Source: Candidatus Helarchaeota archaeon | GTDB lineage: Archaea; Asgardarchaeota; Lokiarchaeia; Helarchaeales; RDOG01 | Direction of reading: 5' to 3' | Length of the DNA: 12,422 nt | Assembly (NCBI GenBank): GCA_029838215.1 | Contig: JALGVI010000091.1 | Location: 1 to 12,422, forward strand | In this document: positions 1 to 7,719 of the stretch, piece after piece | Layout of the letters: each line of letters begins with the position of its first letter | Numbering within the stretch: the first letter of the stretch is position 1 | The notes under the pieces: model-generated | What the model saw: the letters and a program-made list of their open reading frames with translations, nothing else | What the model was told of the DNA's origin: nothing | The model's database searches: none | Program-made: the position numbers and the translations under genes

Positions 1-375
1 GAGGAAGGATACGTCTACATCGTGGGACGGTCTAAGGACATGATTGTCAGTGGCGGAGAAAACATATATCCCAAGGAAGTCGAGAATGTAATCCAAAAAC
101 ATCCTGCCGTTTTCGAATGTGCGGTCATAGGAATTCCCCATAAAAAATATCAGGAAGCAGTATGTGCTTGTATCGTCCCCGTAAAAGGATGCAAACCAGG
201 CGAAAACATCACTGAAGAAGAAATAATTGAATATTGTAAGAAAAATCTCGCACGATATAAAGCTCCTAAAAAAATAGATTTCCTGAGACGGTTACCAAAA
301 TCACCACAAGGTAAAATTCTCAAGCGAAAACTTCGTAAGCCATATTGGGAAGGAAGAGAAAGAGAAGTCGTTTAA
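1..375 (+). CDS. Acyl-CoA synthetase / long-chain fatty acid-CoA ligase (ANL superfamily), C-terminal part; 5'-truncated by the window
   Basis: Frame 1 is open from base 1 (EEGYVYIVGRSKDMIVSGGENIYPKEVE), the classic A8 motif. It is followed by AVIGIPH..YQEAVCA and the A10 lysine motif LPKSPQGKILKRKLR. Stop TAA at 373-375. Confidence 0.93.
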   Translation, partial: EEGYVYIVGRSKDMIVSGGENIYPKEVENVIQKHPAVFECAVIGIPHKKYQEAVCACIVPVKGCKPGENITEEEIIEYCKKNLARYKAPKKIDFLRRLPKSPQGKILKRKLRKPYWEGREREVV

Positions 376-2453
376 TTATTTGGCTAAAAAATCGCGTAAA
401 TTCTCCGTGTCGGTGGTAGGTAATAGGCAATTGTTATTTTGACACACGTATGCCGTTGCTTTTCCATCGATGCTCGGCTGTTTTTTTAGAAAAGGAATGA
501 GAGCATGAATTTTCGGGCTTTTCTGATCAGTTGGATTGAAAATCACGACTTTATTCGGTAAATAGATGTCGCGTATGGCTCCGATCATTTTTTCCAATTC
601 CGAATCACTTGAACTACCGGAAATCACGATTTCGTGAGAAGGACCCAGCAAAAAATCGTAAGCCACGAGAAATAAAGCATGAGCTGATGGCACTTTCTTG
701 ATAGAATTCGTAAAAGTCCTGACAATATCTCTTGCTTTTTCTTCAAGGTCGGGATCCAGCATGATACGAGCAAGTCTAATCAAGCAAAGCATCGCAACAG
801 AATTGCCAGATGGAATGGCTCCATCATAAATATCCTTTTGTCTTAAAATGAGTTGTTCCCCATCATTTGGTGAAAAATAGAAACCTCCTTGCCGCTCATC
901 CCAGAAGTGGTCGAGCATGTCTTGATTAAACTTCAATGCAAGTTGAAGATATTCCACCTCGAACGTGGTTTCGTACAATTCCAACAAGCCCCAAATAAAA
1001 AAGGAATGATCTTCCAAGTTTGCCAGCACGGCGGCTTCACCATCCCGATACCTGTGAAGGAGACGTCCATCATCTCTTCGCATGTTCTGCAAAATGAAAT
1101 CCGCAGCTAAAGTGCCAGCATCAACATATGCCTTGTTGTTCATGACTCGTCCGGCTTTTGCAAGTGCCGCTATCATCAACCCATTCCAGTCAGTAAGAAT
1201 CTTATCATCTTTACGTGGTCGTGGACGTCGTGCCCTGTATTCGAATAACCGCTTGCGAATGACTTCTAACCGATCCTGCAAGGAAATTCCTCGAGAGTTT
1301 TGTTCAAGTGCAAGATGTTTTCGCCTGTTCGATCTTGTGTCATCTGATCGAGATAATTACCGTTTTCCTTGATGTTAAAGATCTTTATTGCAAGCTCTAC
1401 ATCCTTTTCATCAAGAATTTGACGGATTTCGCTTTCTTTCCACAAGTAGAAACGACCTTCTTCCATTTTTCCTTCTTCATCGGCACTATCGGCATCTTCT
1501 GCGGAGTAGAAACCTCCTAGAGAATCTCTCATGTCACTCAGAACATATTGGAAGATTTCTTCCACCACGCGCTTGAAGGAATCGTTTCTTGTTGCTTGAT
1601 ATGCCTCCGTGTATGCCATTGCAAGAAGGGCTTGATCGTATAACATTTTTTCGAAATGCGGCACGAGCCAGAAAGAATCCGTGGAATATCGGTGAAAGCC
1701 AAATCCGGCATGATCAAAAATCCCGCCGTTTCGCATCTTTTGAGCCTTTTCCTTTCCGGTTTTTTTCCAATACCGGAGCAGAAAAAGCAGTACGTGAGGA
1801 GTCGGAAACTTAGGAGCTCCACCAAAACCACCATCTTTCTCATCAAATTGCCGTAGTAAATGTTCGTAAGCGTCGTGTAAGAGTTTTTCCCCGGCTTCTT
1901 CACCTCGAAGCTCGATATTGGTACTTTTGAGAATCGCGGTAATTTGAGTAGCCGATTTTTGAATTTTTTCTGGTTGCTCTTTCCAGAGTTTTTCGATTTG
2001 GGGAATTAGTTCCAGCATCCCTGACCGGCCGAATCGACCTCGTTTAGGTATGTATGTTGCGGCAAAAAACGGTTTTCCTTCAGGAGTCATTATTATGGTG
2101 AGTGGCCAGCCTCCGCCACCCGTTAGAGCTTGGCAAGCAGTCATGTATGTCTTATCAATGTCAGGGCGTTCTTCACGATCTACCTTGATGGAAACGAAAA
2201 CTTCATTCATCAGTTTTGCAACTTCAGGATCTTCAAACGACTCATCCTCCATGACATGACACCAATGGCACGTGGAATAGCCAATAGACAAGAAAATCGG
2301 TTTATTTTCCTCTCTTGCTTTTTTGAATGCTTCCTCGCCCCACGGATACCATTCCACGGGATTGAAAGCATGTTGAAGTAGATATGGACTTTTCTCCGAA
2401 ATTAGATGATTTGGAGTCTTTTCAGTCGGTTTTGATTTAGAATTTCGAGTCAT
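376..2453 (-). pseudogene. YyaL/SSP411 (SPATA20-like) thioredoxin-domain plus (alpha/alpha)6-barrel protein, split into two frames (2453-1266 and 1281-376)
   Basis: N-part motifs: [107 protein letters not shown]-part motifs: PRKDDKILTDWNGLMI, LEDHSF, GGFYFS, DGAIPSGNS, AYVCQNNNC. The likely start is ATG 2453 (MTRNSK), not 2507. Could be an assembly artefact rather than a true pseudogene. Confidence 0.85.
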
Positions 2454-2643
2454 TTTAAACCCCACTTTAAAATAAAAAGAAAAAACTAACCTTTTAAAAA
2501 GAATCATGATTTTTAAAAATAATTGACTATTTTCGCAATATAATCAGTTTTAATCGGTTTGAATTTTTGCTTCATCCTAAAAATATAACCGAAAATGATT
2601 GCTTGGAATGATCTTGCAATGAATTTAAATCATGGGAACAGGA

Positions 2644-3015
2644 TTATCCGTACATCAGGTTCATTCGGTCTCGACGCTTCTTTTTTATCTGTTTTGCTTT
2701 AGAAATGGCGTCTTCAGAAAGATACTTTTCGATTTCTCCATTTAACGCATTTTGGCTTGGCGGAACACCCCGAAAAACAATCTTTCCGTTAATGGCTATT
2801 GCAGGAGTGCCCTGAATGGAATATAATTGCACTTGTGCCTGACCGAAATCAGATTGCGTGTCTATTTTAAAAACTTCAATATCATCAGGATAGAGTTTCT
2901 TGGCTTCCTGAACCATTTTCAGTGCTGCAGGACAATATGGACAGGTCACGGAATAGAAAAATTCAACCGTGACTTTTTTCTTATTAGAGCTCAACACATC
3001 ACCACGATTCATCAT
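2644..3015 (-). CDS. Thioredoxin/glutaredoxin-like protein (CPYC, archaeal Thioredoxin_3 type) with a basic C-terminal extension
   Basis: FYSVTCPYCPAA active site, cis-Pro motif IQGTPAIAING and the GVP turn. The true start may be GTG 2997 or TTG 2994, downstream of a GGTGAT SD-like motif. Confidence 0.88.
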   Translation of the reverse strand: MMNRGDVLSSNKKKVTVEFFYSVTCPYCPAALKMVQEAKKLYPDDIEVFKIDTQSDFGQAQVQLYSIQGTPAIAINGKIVFRGVPPSQNALNGEIEKYLSEDAISKAKQIKKKRRDRMNLMYG

Positions 3016-3049
3016 GTTTTTTTATTCAAAATAGAAAATGAAGGCTTGA

Positions 3050-3976
3050 TTAGTCGCCTTTTAGCTTTCGTTCCAACTCTTGAAGTCTTTTCTTCTCCAT
3101 TTCGAGTTTGTTCAACTTGTAAGCGTGACCGTCTTCGAGTTCCTTGACCTGTCTTTCCATTTCGAACATTTTACGTTTTTGCTTGACAACTTGAGCATAG
3201 CGCTTTTCAATGGCTTTGATCTGAGCCGAAATTGATTTGTTGCGGTCTTTTAATTCACGACTCTTACTTTCAAGATCAAGCAATTTTATCTTGATGTCTT
3301 CTTCTTCTTTTTTGACGCTTGCTTCTTTCTCAGCGAGGTTTGCAAGTTCGAGGTTCGTGGCGTCCAATTTTTCCTCAACGACTTTAAGTTTTTTGAGAAC
3401 ACCCCGATTCAGGTTAATCTTGTCTTGTGATGAAGTGATTGCTTTTTTTCGACCGGCTATTTCCGTTTCCTTTCTGCGAATTTCGTTTTCGATCTCCTTG
3501 ATTTTTTGCGCCATTTCATCGATTTCTCGCAATTTTTCGTCCAGTTTTTCGGATTCGGCTTCCACTTCTTTTAATCGACTCGTGGCGGCATCGAGTTTTG
3601 GCATGAGGTCAGCTTCTTTCTTTTCCAATTCAGATGCTCGGGATGACGTTTCTTTTTGAAGGAGCGAATTTTTTTCAGAGAGTTTCTTGATCTCGCTCTC
3701 CATTGAAGCGAGCTGTTGAAGCTTTTTGTCGTGTTCTTTTTGTCTGGAATCCAAATCCTTTTGTCTTGCCTTTAATTCATTTTCCTGATTTTTAAGTTCC
3801 TTTAGCCGTTCTGATACTTTTTTTATTTTTCCGTTTAGTTCATCTTCCTTTTCAGATAGAGTTTTTTCTTTTTCATCCAAGGCAATCTTAGTCTTTTTTA
3901 TGGTTTCTTCTTTTTCTGCCGCTAAATTCTCTTTTTCTTTCAATTGCCCTTCCTTTTTTTCAATTTTTTCGCTCAA
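3050..3976 (-). CDS. Long coiled-coil protein (308 aa), function unknown
   Basis: E/K/L/I-rich heptad pattern from end to end, with one Pro, no Cys and no Trp. TTG start 5 nt after a GAGGTG SD. The antisense strand is S/F/L-rich, as expected for a shadow of a real gene. Confidence 0.85.
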   Translation of the reverse strand: MSEKIEKKEGQLKEKENLAAEKEETIKKTKIALDEKEKTLSEKEDELNGKIKKVSERLKELKNQENELKARQKDLDSRQKEHDKKLQQLASMESEIKKLSEKNSLLQKETSSRASELEKKEADLMPKLDAATSRLKEVEAESEKLDEKLREIDEMAQKIKEIENEIRRKETEIAGRKKAITSSQDKINLNRGVLKKLKVVEEKLDATNLELANLAEKEASVKKEEEDIKIKLLDLESKSRELKDRNKSISAQIKAIEKRYAQVVKQKRKMFEMERQVKELEDGHAYKLNKLEMEKKRLQELERKLKGD

Positions 3977-3994
3977 TTCGACACCTCTTATTAA

Positions 3995-4315
3995 TTAAAA
4001 ATTACCCAGCCAGCCCAAATCGTTCTTTTTATCGTCCAAGATGTTAATGGTGGCAGTTATTAACCTTTTTTCTCCGTCAATGACATCATAAATCTTGCGA
4101 ACACGAAAATAAAATGTCTCACCACAGGAATCGCACGTGGCTTTATAATCAATTTCTTCAAGGATTGAATTGCCTTCTTGTTTTTCGGAGGATTCTTTCC
4201 CGACAATTTTTATGCAAGCACTGCGATTTTTACAAACGTGACAATATTTCAAGGGTATGGGATCAAATCCACGCCGACCTAAAGGTACAAAGACCTTATC
4301 AGGGAGTTCTTCCAT
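3995..4315 (-). CDS. Small putative zinc-binding protein (CHVC ... CDSC), uncharacterised
   Basis: ATG start. Two CxxC pairs about 30 aa apart and a beta-rich C-terminus ending LGWLGNF. Lies 18 nt upstream of the coiled-coil gene. Confidence 0.78.
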   Translation of the reverse strand: MEELPDKVFVPLGRRGFDPIPLKYCHVCKNRSACIKIVGKESSEKQEGNSILEEIDYKATCDSCGETFYFRVRKIYDVIDGEKRLITATINILDDKKNDLGWLGNF

Positions 4316-4504
4316 TTGAACACTTTCTCACGTGATTAATGAACGAGTTTTTTCAAATCATGAATAATCTTTTTTACTTTTTGCTTGTAATTAAATATTT
4401 TTTCTCATATTATTAATTTAAGGACTTTTACAGTACAACGATTCATCCTTATACGAAAGACGAAAGAAAACGTTTTTTAATTCAGTTTAAATTTGATCCT
4501 TAAA

Positions 4505-4519
4505 ATAGATATTATCTAT
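4505..4519. promoter_or_regulatory. Perfect 7-1-7 palindrome ATAGATA-T-TATCTAT, candidate operator upstream of the thiolase
   Basis: Seen directly. About 50 nt upstream of ATG 4569 and downstream of TTTAAA at 4486-4491, in the divergent intergenic region. Regulatory role is inferred. Confidence 0.4.
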
Positions 4520-4568
4520 ATTCGATAAATGATGTATTTGTGATAATTTTAAAAAGGTGAAACGAAAC

Positions 4569-5855
4569 ATGCCTAAATTAGCTAGAGAAGTTTACATTGC
4601 TGCCGTAGGAATGTGCAAGTTTGGCAACTATTCCAAATACGGCCCACCCGAAAATATGAAGACATCTCGTGACCTTTGGTTGGAAGCATACATCGACCTA
4701 ATGGACCACATGACCAATAAAGTCAAGATCCAAGAAGAGGTTGAGTGTCTCTTTTTAGGGAATTTTTCTTCAGATCTATTTGAGCAGCAAGGACATCTGG
4801 CACCATTAATGGCAGAGCTTATCGGTTTGACACCAAAGCCAGCCATGCGACTTGAGGATGCTTGTGTATCAGGAGGAATTGCTCTTCGCCAAGCGGTCAT
4901 TGCCGTTGCCTCGGGATTTTATGACACGGTTATAGCAGGTGGCGTTGAAAAAATGTGCGACTTGACTACAGCAGGAGTCACCGATACGTTAGCCGCCGCA
5001 GCGGATGCTATTTATGAGTATCCTTATGGGGCAACCTTTCCGGGGCTTTATGCAAACATTGGTACCGCTCACATGGCAAAATATGGAACTACAGAACGCC
5101 AATTACATTGTGTTGGAATCAAAAACCATGAAAATGGAAGTTTAAATCCCAGAGCTCAAATGCCAATGACAATCAAGGACATGATGATCAAGGCACAGAA
5201 AAAAGCAGAAAAACGAGGTAAACCAATCCCTGAATGGGAAGACGAATATGCATTCTTAGACGATCTTAGCGTAAATCCCATGATTGCTTATCCTCTTCGT
5301 CTATATGATTGTTCTTTAGTTACTGATGGTGCAGCCATGCTGATCATAACTACAAAGGAAAATGCAAAGAAATATACGGACAATCCAGTTCAGATCATAG
5401 GATCGGGGCAGGGCAGTGATACATTATCACTACATAGCCGTCCGGATCGAACGGGATTGCTGGCAGCCAGAACTGCAGCTGCGGAAGCCTACAAGATGGC
5501 AGGAATTGGTCCTAAGGACATTCAAGTAGCAGAGGTTCATGATTGCTTTACAATTGCAGAAATAGTGGCAACAGAAGATCTCGGATTCTTTGAAAAAGGT
5601 CAAGGCGCAAAAGCAGTAGAAGAAGGCATTACAGCACGTGATGGTCAGTTACCCATCAATACGAGCGGCGGGTTGAAATCGAAAGGACATCCAATTGGTG
5701 CAAGTGGAATAGGGCAAATAGTTGAAGTCTTCAAGCAGCTTCGAGGAGAAGCAGAAGGAGAAAGACAACTGAAAGATAGACCATCAATAGGACTCTGTCA
5801 TAACGTCGGAGGTAGCGGAGGATCTTGTACGGTCCACATCCTGAAAGTTGATTAG
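4569..5855 (+). CDS. Thiolase, SCP2/archaeal acetyl-CoA C-acyltransferase type
   Basis: EDACVSGG catalytic Cys, GGVEKM, TFPGLYA, CSLVTDGAA, AEVHDCFTIAE, GGLKSKGHPIGASG and terminal HNVGGSGG. ATG 4569 lies 8 nt after GGTGA and is preferred over GTG 4557. Confidence 0.95.
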   Translation: MPKLAREVYIAAVGMCKFGNYSKYGPPENMKTSRDLWLEAYIDLMDHMTNKVKIQEEVECLFLGNFSSDLFEQQGHLAPLMAELIGLTPKPAMRLEDACVSGGIALRQAVIAVASGFYDTVIAGGVEKMCDLTTAGVTDTLAAAADAIYEYPYGATFPGLYANIGTAHMAKYGTTERQLHCVGIKNHENGSLNPRAQMPMTIKDMMIKAQKKAEKRGKPIPEWEDEYAFLDDLSVNPMIAYPLRLYDCSLVTDGAAMLIITTKENAKKYTDNPVQIIGSGQGSDTLSLHSRPDRTGLLAARTAAAEAYKMAGIGPKDIQVAEVHDCFTIAEIVATEDLGFFEKGQGAKAVEEGITARDGQLPINTSGGLKSKGHPIGASGIGQIVEVFKQLRGEAEGERQLKDRPSIGLCHNVGGSGGSCTVHILKVD

Positions 5856-5866
5856 GAGGAATGCAC

Positions 5867-6310
5867 ATGAGTCAGAAACCATTTACAGTCCAAAGTTATG
5901 TTGATTTCATGAATGAAGGAAAATTAATGGGCAGCAAGTGTAAATCTTGCGGACACGTAATGCTTCCCCCAAAAAGCGTTTGTGAAAAATGTTTTGAACA
6001 CGACTTGGAGTGGGTTGAAGTTGAAGGAAAGGGAAAGTTAGCTTCATTTTCCGCCATCCACGTCGGCTCGAGCTTCATGAATGCAAAGGGATACTCCATG
6101 AAAGAACCCTATTTGTTTGGCACAGTTGATTTGGATGCAGGACCTTCAATAAGTGGTCATATCAAGGGATTTGATGCCAAGGATCCATGGTCAATCAAAA
6201 TCGGAACGCGGTTAAAGGTAGTATTCGAAGATGGAGTAGAAATTTTCACAGATCGTAAGGGAAATAAGGAAGAACGCCCTAAAAAGTTCTTGACCTTCGT
6301 TCCTGAATAA
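5867..6310 (+). CDS. DUF35 (ChsH2-like) Zn-ribbon plus OB-fold thiolase partner protein
   Basis: GKLMGSKCKSCGHVMLPPKSVCEKC (CxxC-x10-CxxC), GKLASFS, PYLFGTVDLDAG and IKIGTRLKVVF. Directly follows the thiolase. GGAGGA at 5855-5860 spaces best to ATG 5867. Confidence 0.93.
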   Translation: MSQKPFTVQSYVDFMNEGKLMGSKCKSCGHVMLPPKSVCEKCFEHDLEWVEVEGKGKLASFSAIHVGSSFMNAKGYSMKEPYLFGTVDLDAGPSISGHIKGFDAKDPWSIKIGTRLKVVFEDGVEIFTDRKGNKEERPKKFLTFVPE

Positions 6311-6312
6311 AA

Positions 6313-6333
6313 TTCTTTCTTTTTTTCATTTTT
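6313..6333 (+). terminator. Oligo-T archaeal-type intrinsic terminator after the thiolase-DUF35 operon
   Basis: TTCTTTCTTTTTTTCATTTTT begins 3 nt after the stop codon. Confidence 0.55.
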
Positions 6334-6564
6334 ATATTCTTCACAGTTTCATTTTTCCGTTCAAACGGCCATCACGAATCAATCGATTATTTGATCAATT
6401 CAGTTCTCATGAGAAAAATTTTATAAAATGGAATGGGAAAAAAGAACGGAATTTTATTTGTATTTAAAGGCTTATAAAACATTAAAAATGAAACATCTCT
6501 AATAATTTACCAAATATTTCATAAAAATTCCTTGATAACTTGAAAAAGGACCCGAAATACTTTG

Positions 6565-7500
6565 ATGGAATCGATAAAGACCAAGAAACTCTTGGAAAAA
6601 GGACGATTTGAAGAAGTTATCGAAGGTTTCTTAAAAGAATATTTGACATTGGACGAAGATAATGTCGAAGGGAAACAAAATAGAAAAGAAACAATCATAA
6701 CGGAATTAAAGATACTTGGAGAGGGATTTCCGGGTGATTTTGGTCCAATTTTAATTCAAATTGCAGACAAGTATAAACCCTCTTTCAAAATAGAAGTGGC
6801 AGACGAAGAAAAAATTGATGAAGAACACATTGAAAAGCAGGCAGAGATATATCGATCACTAGTCAAGATCATTTGCACCATTGCAGAAAAAAATCCGAAA
6901 AAATTTGTGACGATCATTCCAATTCTAATAAAAAAACTTGCAGAACAGGACATCTATGATATTTGTAGCAAGACAATAGAAAACATTCAGCAGAAAGTCC
7001 CTGAAGAAATGCTAAACGTGCTAGCAAAATCCCTAAAAAAACAGAAAGATGAGGATTTCCGTTGGCGATTCACGCTTCAATTAGGAAAGTTAGGAACAAA
7101 ATTTCCAGAATTGATCAAGGATATCATTCCATTATTGAAGGAACGACTGGAAGATTCTGATGAACGCGTCCGGGCGGCAGCAACTGAAGCCATTAGTTTG
7201 GTGGGGATTGAAAGCCCCGAAGACACGACGAATGTCATCCCGATTGAGGAGATCAAGGAAAAAGCCGAAGATGAAAGTGCAATCGTTCAGGACATCACTA
7301 AAGAAATGGTTCCAACTCTTGAAAAAGTCGTCGAAGCCGAAGAGTTGATACACGGACTTGGTGAGAGTCTTGCAGTAGAAGAAAAAACGGAAGAGCCTCG
7401 AAAATCAGTGATTAAACCAAAAGAAAAAGAATCCAAGCCAAAAAGGGTTGCCAAAAAGAAAAAGGGAAAGAAAACGAGAAAAATGAAAAAGAAGAAATGA
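6565..7500 (+). CDS. HEAT/ARM-like repeat protein with an acidic region and a lysine-rich C-terminal tail
   Basis: HEAT consensus in LKERLEDSDERVRAAATEAISLVG and LKKQKDEDFRWRFTLQLGKLG, with helical I/L-P-x-L repeats (IIPILIKKL, IIPLLKERL). Tail is KPKRVAKKKKGKKTRKMKKKK. Start is ATG 6565 or TTG 6562. Confidence 0.75.
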   Translation: MESIKTKKLLEKGRFEEVIEGFLKEYLTLDEDNVEGKQNRKETIITELKILGEGFPGDFGPILIQIADKYKPSFKIEVADEEKIDEEHIEKQAEIYRSLVKIICTIAEKNPKKFVTIIPILIKKLAEQDIYDICSKTIENIQQKVPEEMLNVLAKSLKKQKDEDFRWRFTLQLGKLGTKFPELIKDIIPLLKERLEDSDERVRAAATEAISLVGIESPEDTTNVIPIEEIKEKAEDESAIVQDITKEMVPTLEKVVEAEELIHGLGESLAVEEKTEEPRKSVIKPKEKESKPKRVAKKKKGKKTRKMKKKK

Positions 7501-7610
7501 ACTTTTCGGAAAATATCCATTCGTTGAGGAGAAAGAACAAGATCCGAAGCTCGCGGCAGTTTTTTTAGCATCAAACACAGATTTTTAAATTTTTCTCGTT
7601 CGGTTTTAAG

Positions 7611-7618
7611 TTTATATA
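7611..7618 (+). promoter_or_regulatory. TATA box (TTTATATA), candidate promoter for the P-loop gene
   Basis: Canonical archaeal TATA sequence in the intergenic region, downstream of a T7 run (7560-7566) that may terminate the HEAT gene. Confidence 0.4.
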
Positions 7619-7719
7619 GATTAAGGAGATGAAGTGAGTAAATTTAAATTTCTCAGGAGACATAAGTTTTCTAAGATATGAGGTCTTTTTCCAGAATTTA
7701 ACGAACCGGTCGAATAGTT

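Noticed and set aside
1279-1296. Programmed -1 ribosomal frameshift as an explanation of the yyaL split
   Set aside because: No X XXY YYZ slippery heptamer at the junction, and residues appear to be missing, which recoding would not explain.
889-2381. Short ORFs overlapping the yyaL-like gene (889-1110, 1082-1372, 1308-1520, 1388-1576, 1538-1903, 1589-1813, 1656-1856, 2050-2259, 2130-2381)
   Set aside because: Antisense or alternate-frame shadows of a gene with strong family motifs; they show no recognisable motifs themselves.
2454-2507. 18-aa N-terminal extension [18 protein letters not shown]
   Set aside because: Translation of AT-rich promoter sequence; family similarity begins after Met at 2453.
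3050-3090. C-terminal ELERKLKGD as an intermediate-filament YRKLLEGE motif
   Set aside because: Too weak; such residues are expected by chance in any E/K/L-rich coil, and no LNDRL-type N-terminal motif is present.
2827-4335. Plus-strand ORFs 2827-3147, 3237-3659 and 4114-4335
   Set aside because: S/F/L-rich antisense shadows of E/K-rich minus-strand genes.
4453-4467. Tandem ACGAAAG x2 in the divergent promoter region
   Set aside because: Only two 7-nt copies; plausible by chance.
7623-7637. AAGGAG followed immediately by ATG AAG TGA
   Set aside because: Zero SD-to-start spacing, and it lies upstream of the expected TSS for the TATA at 7611.
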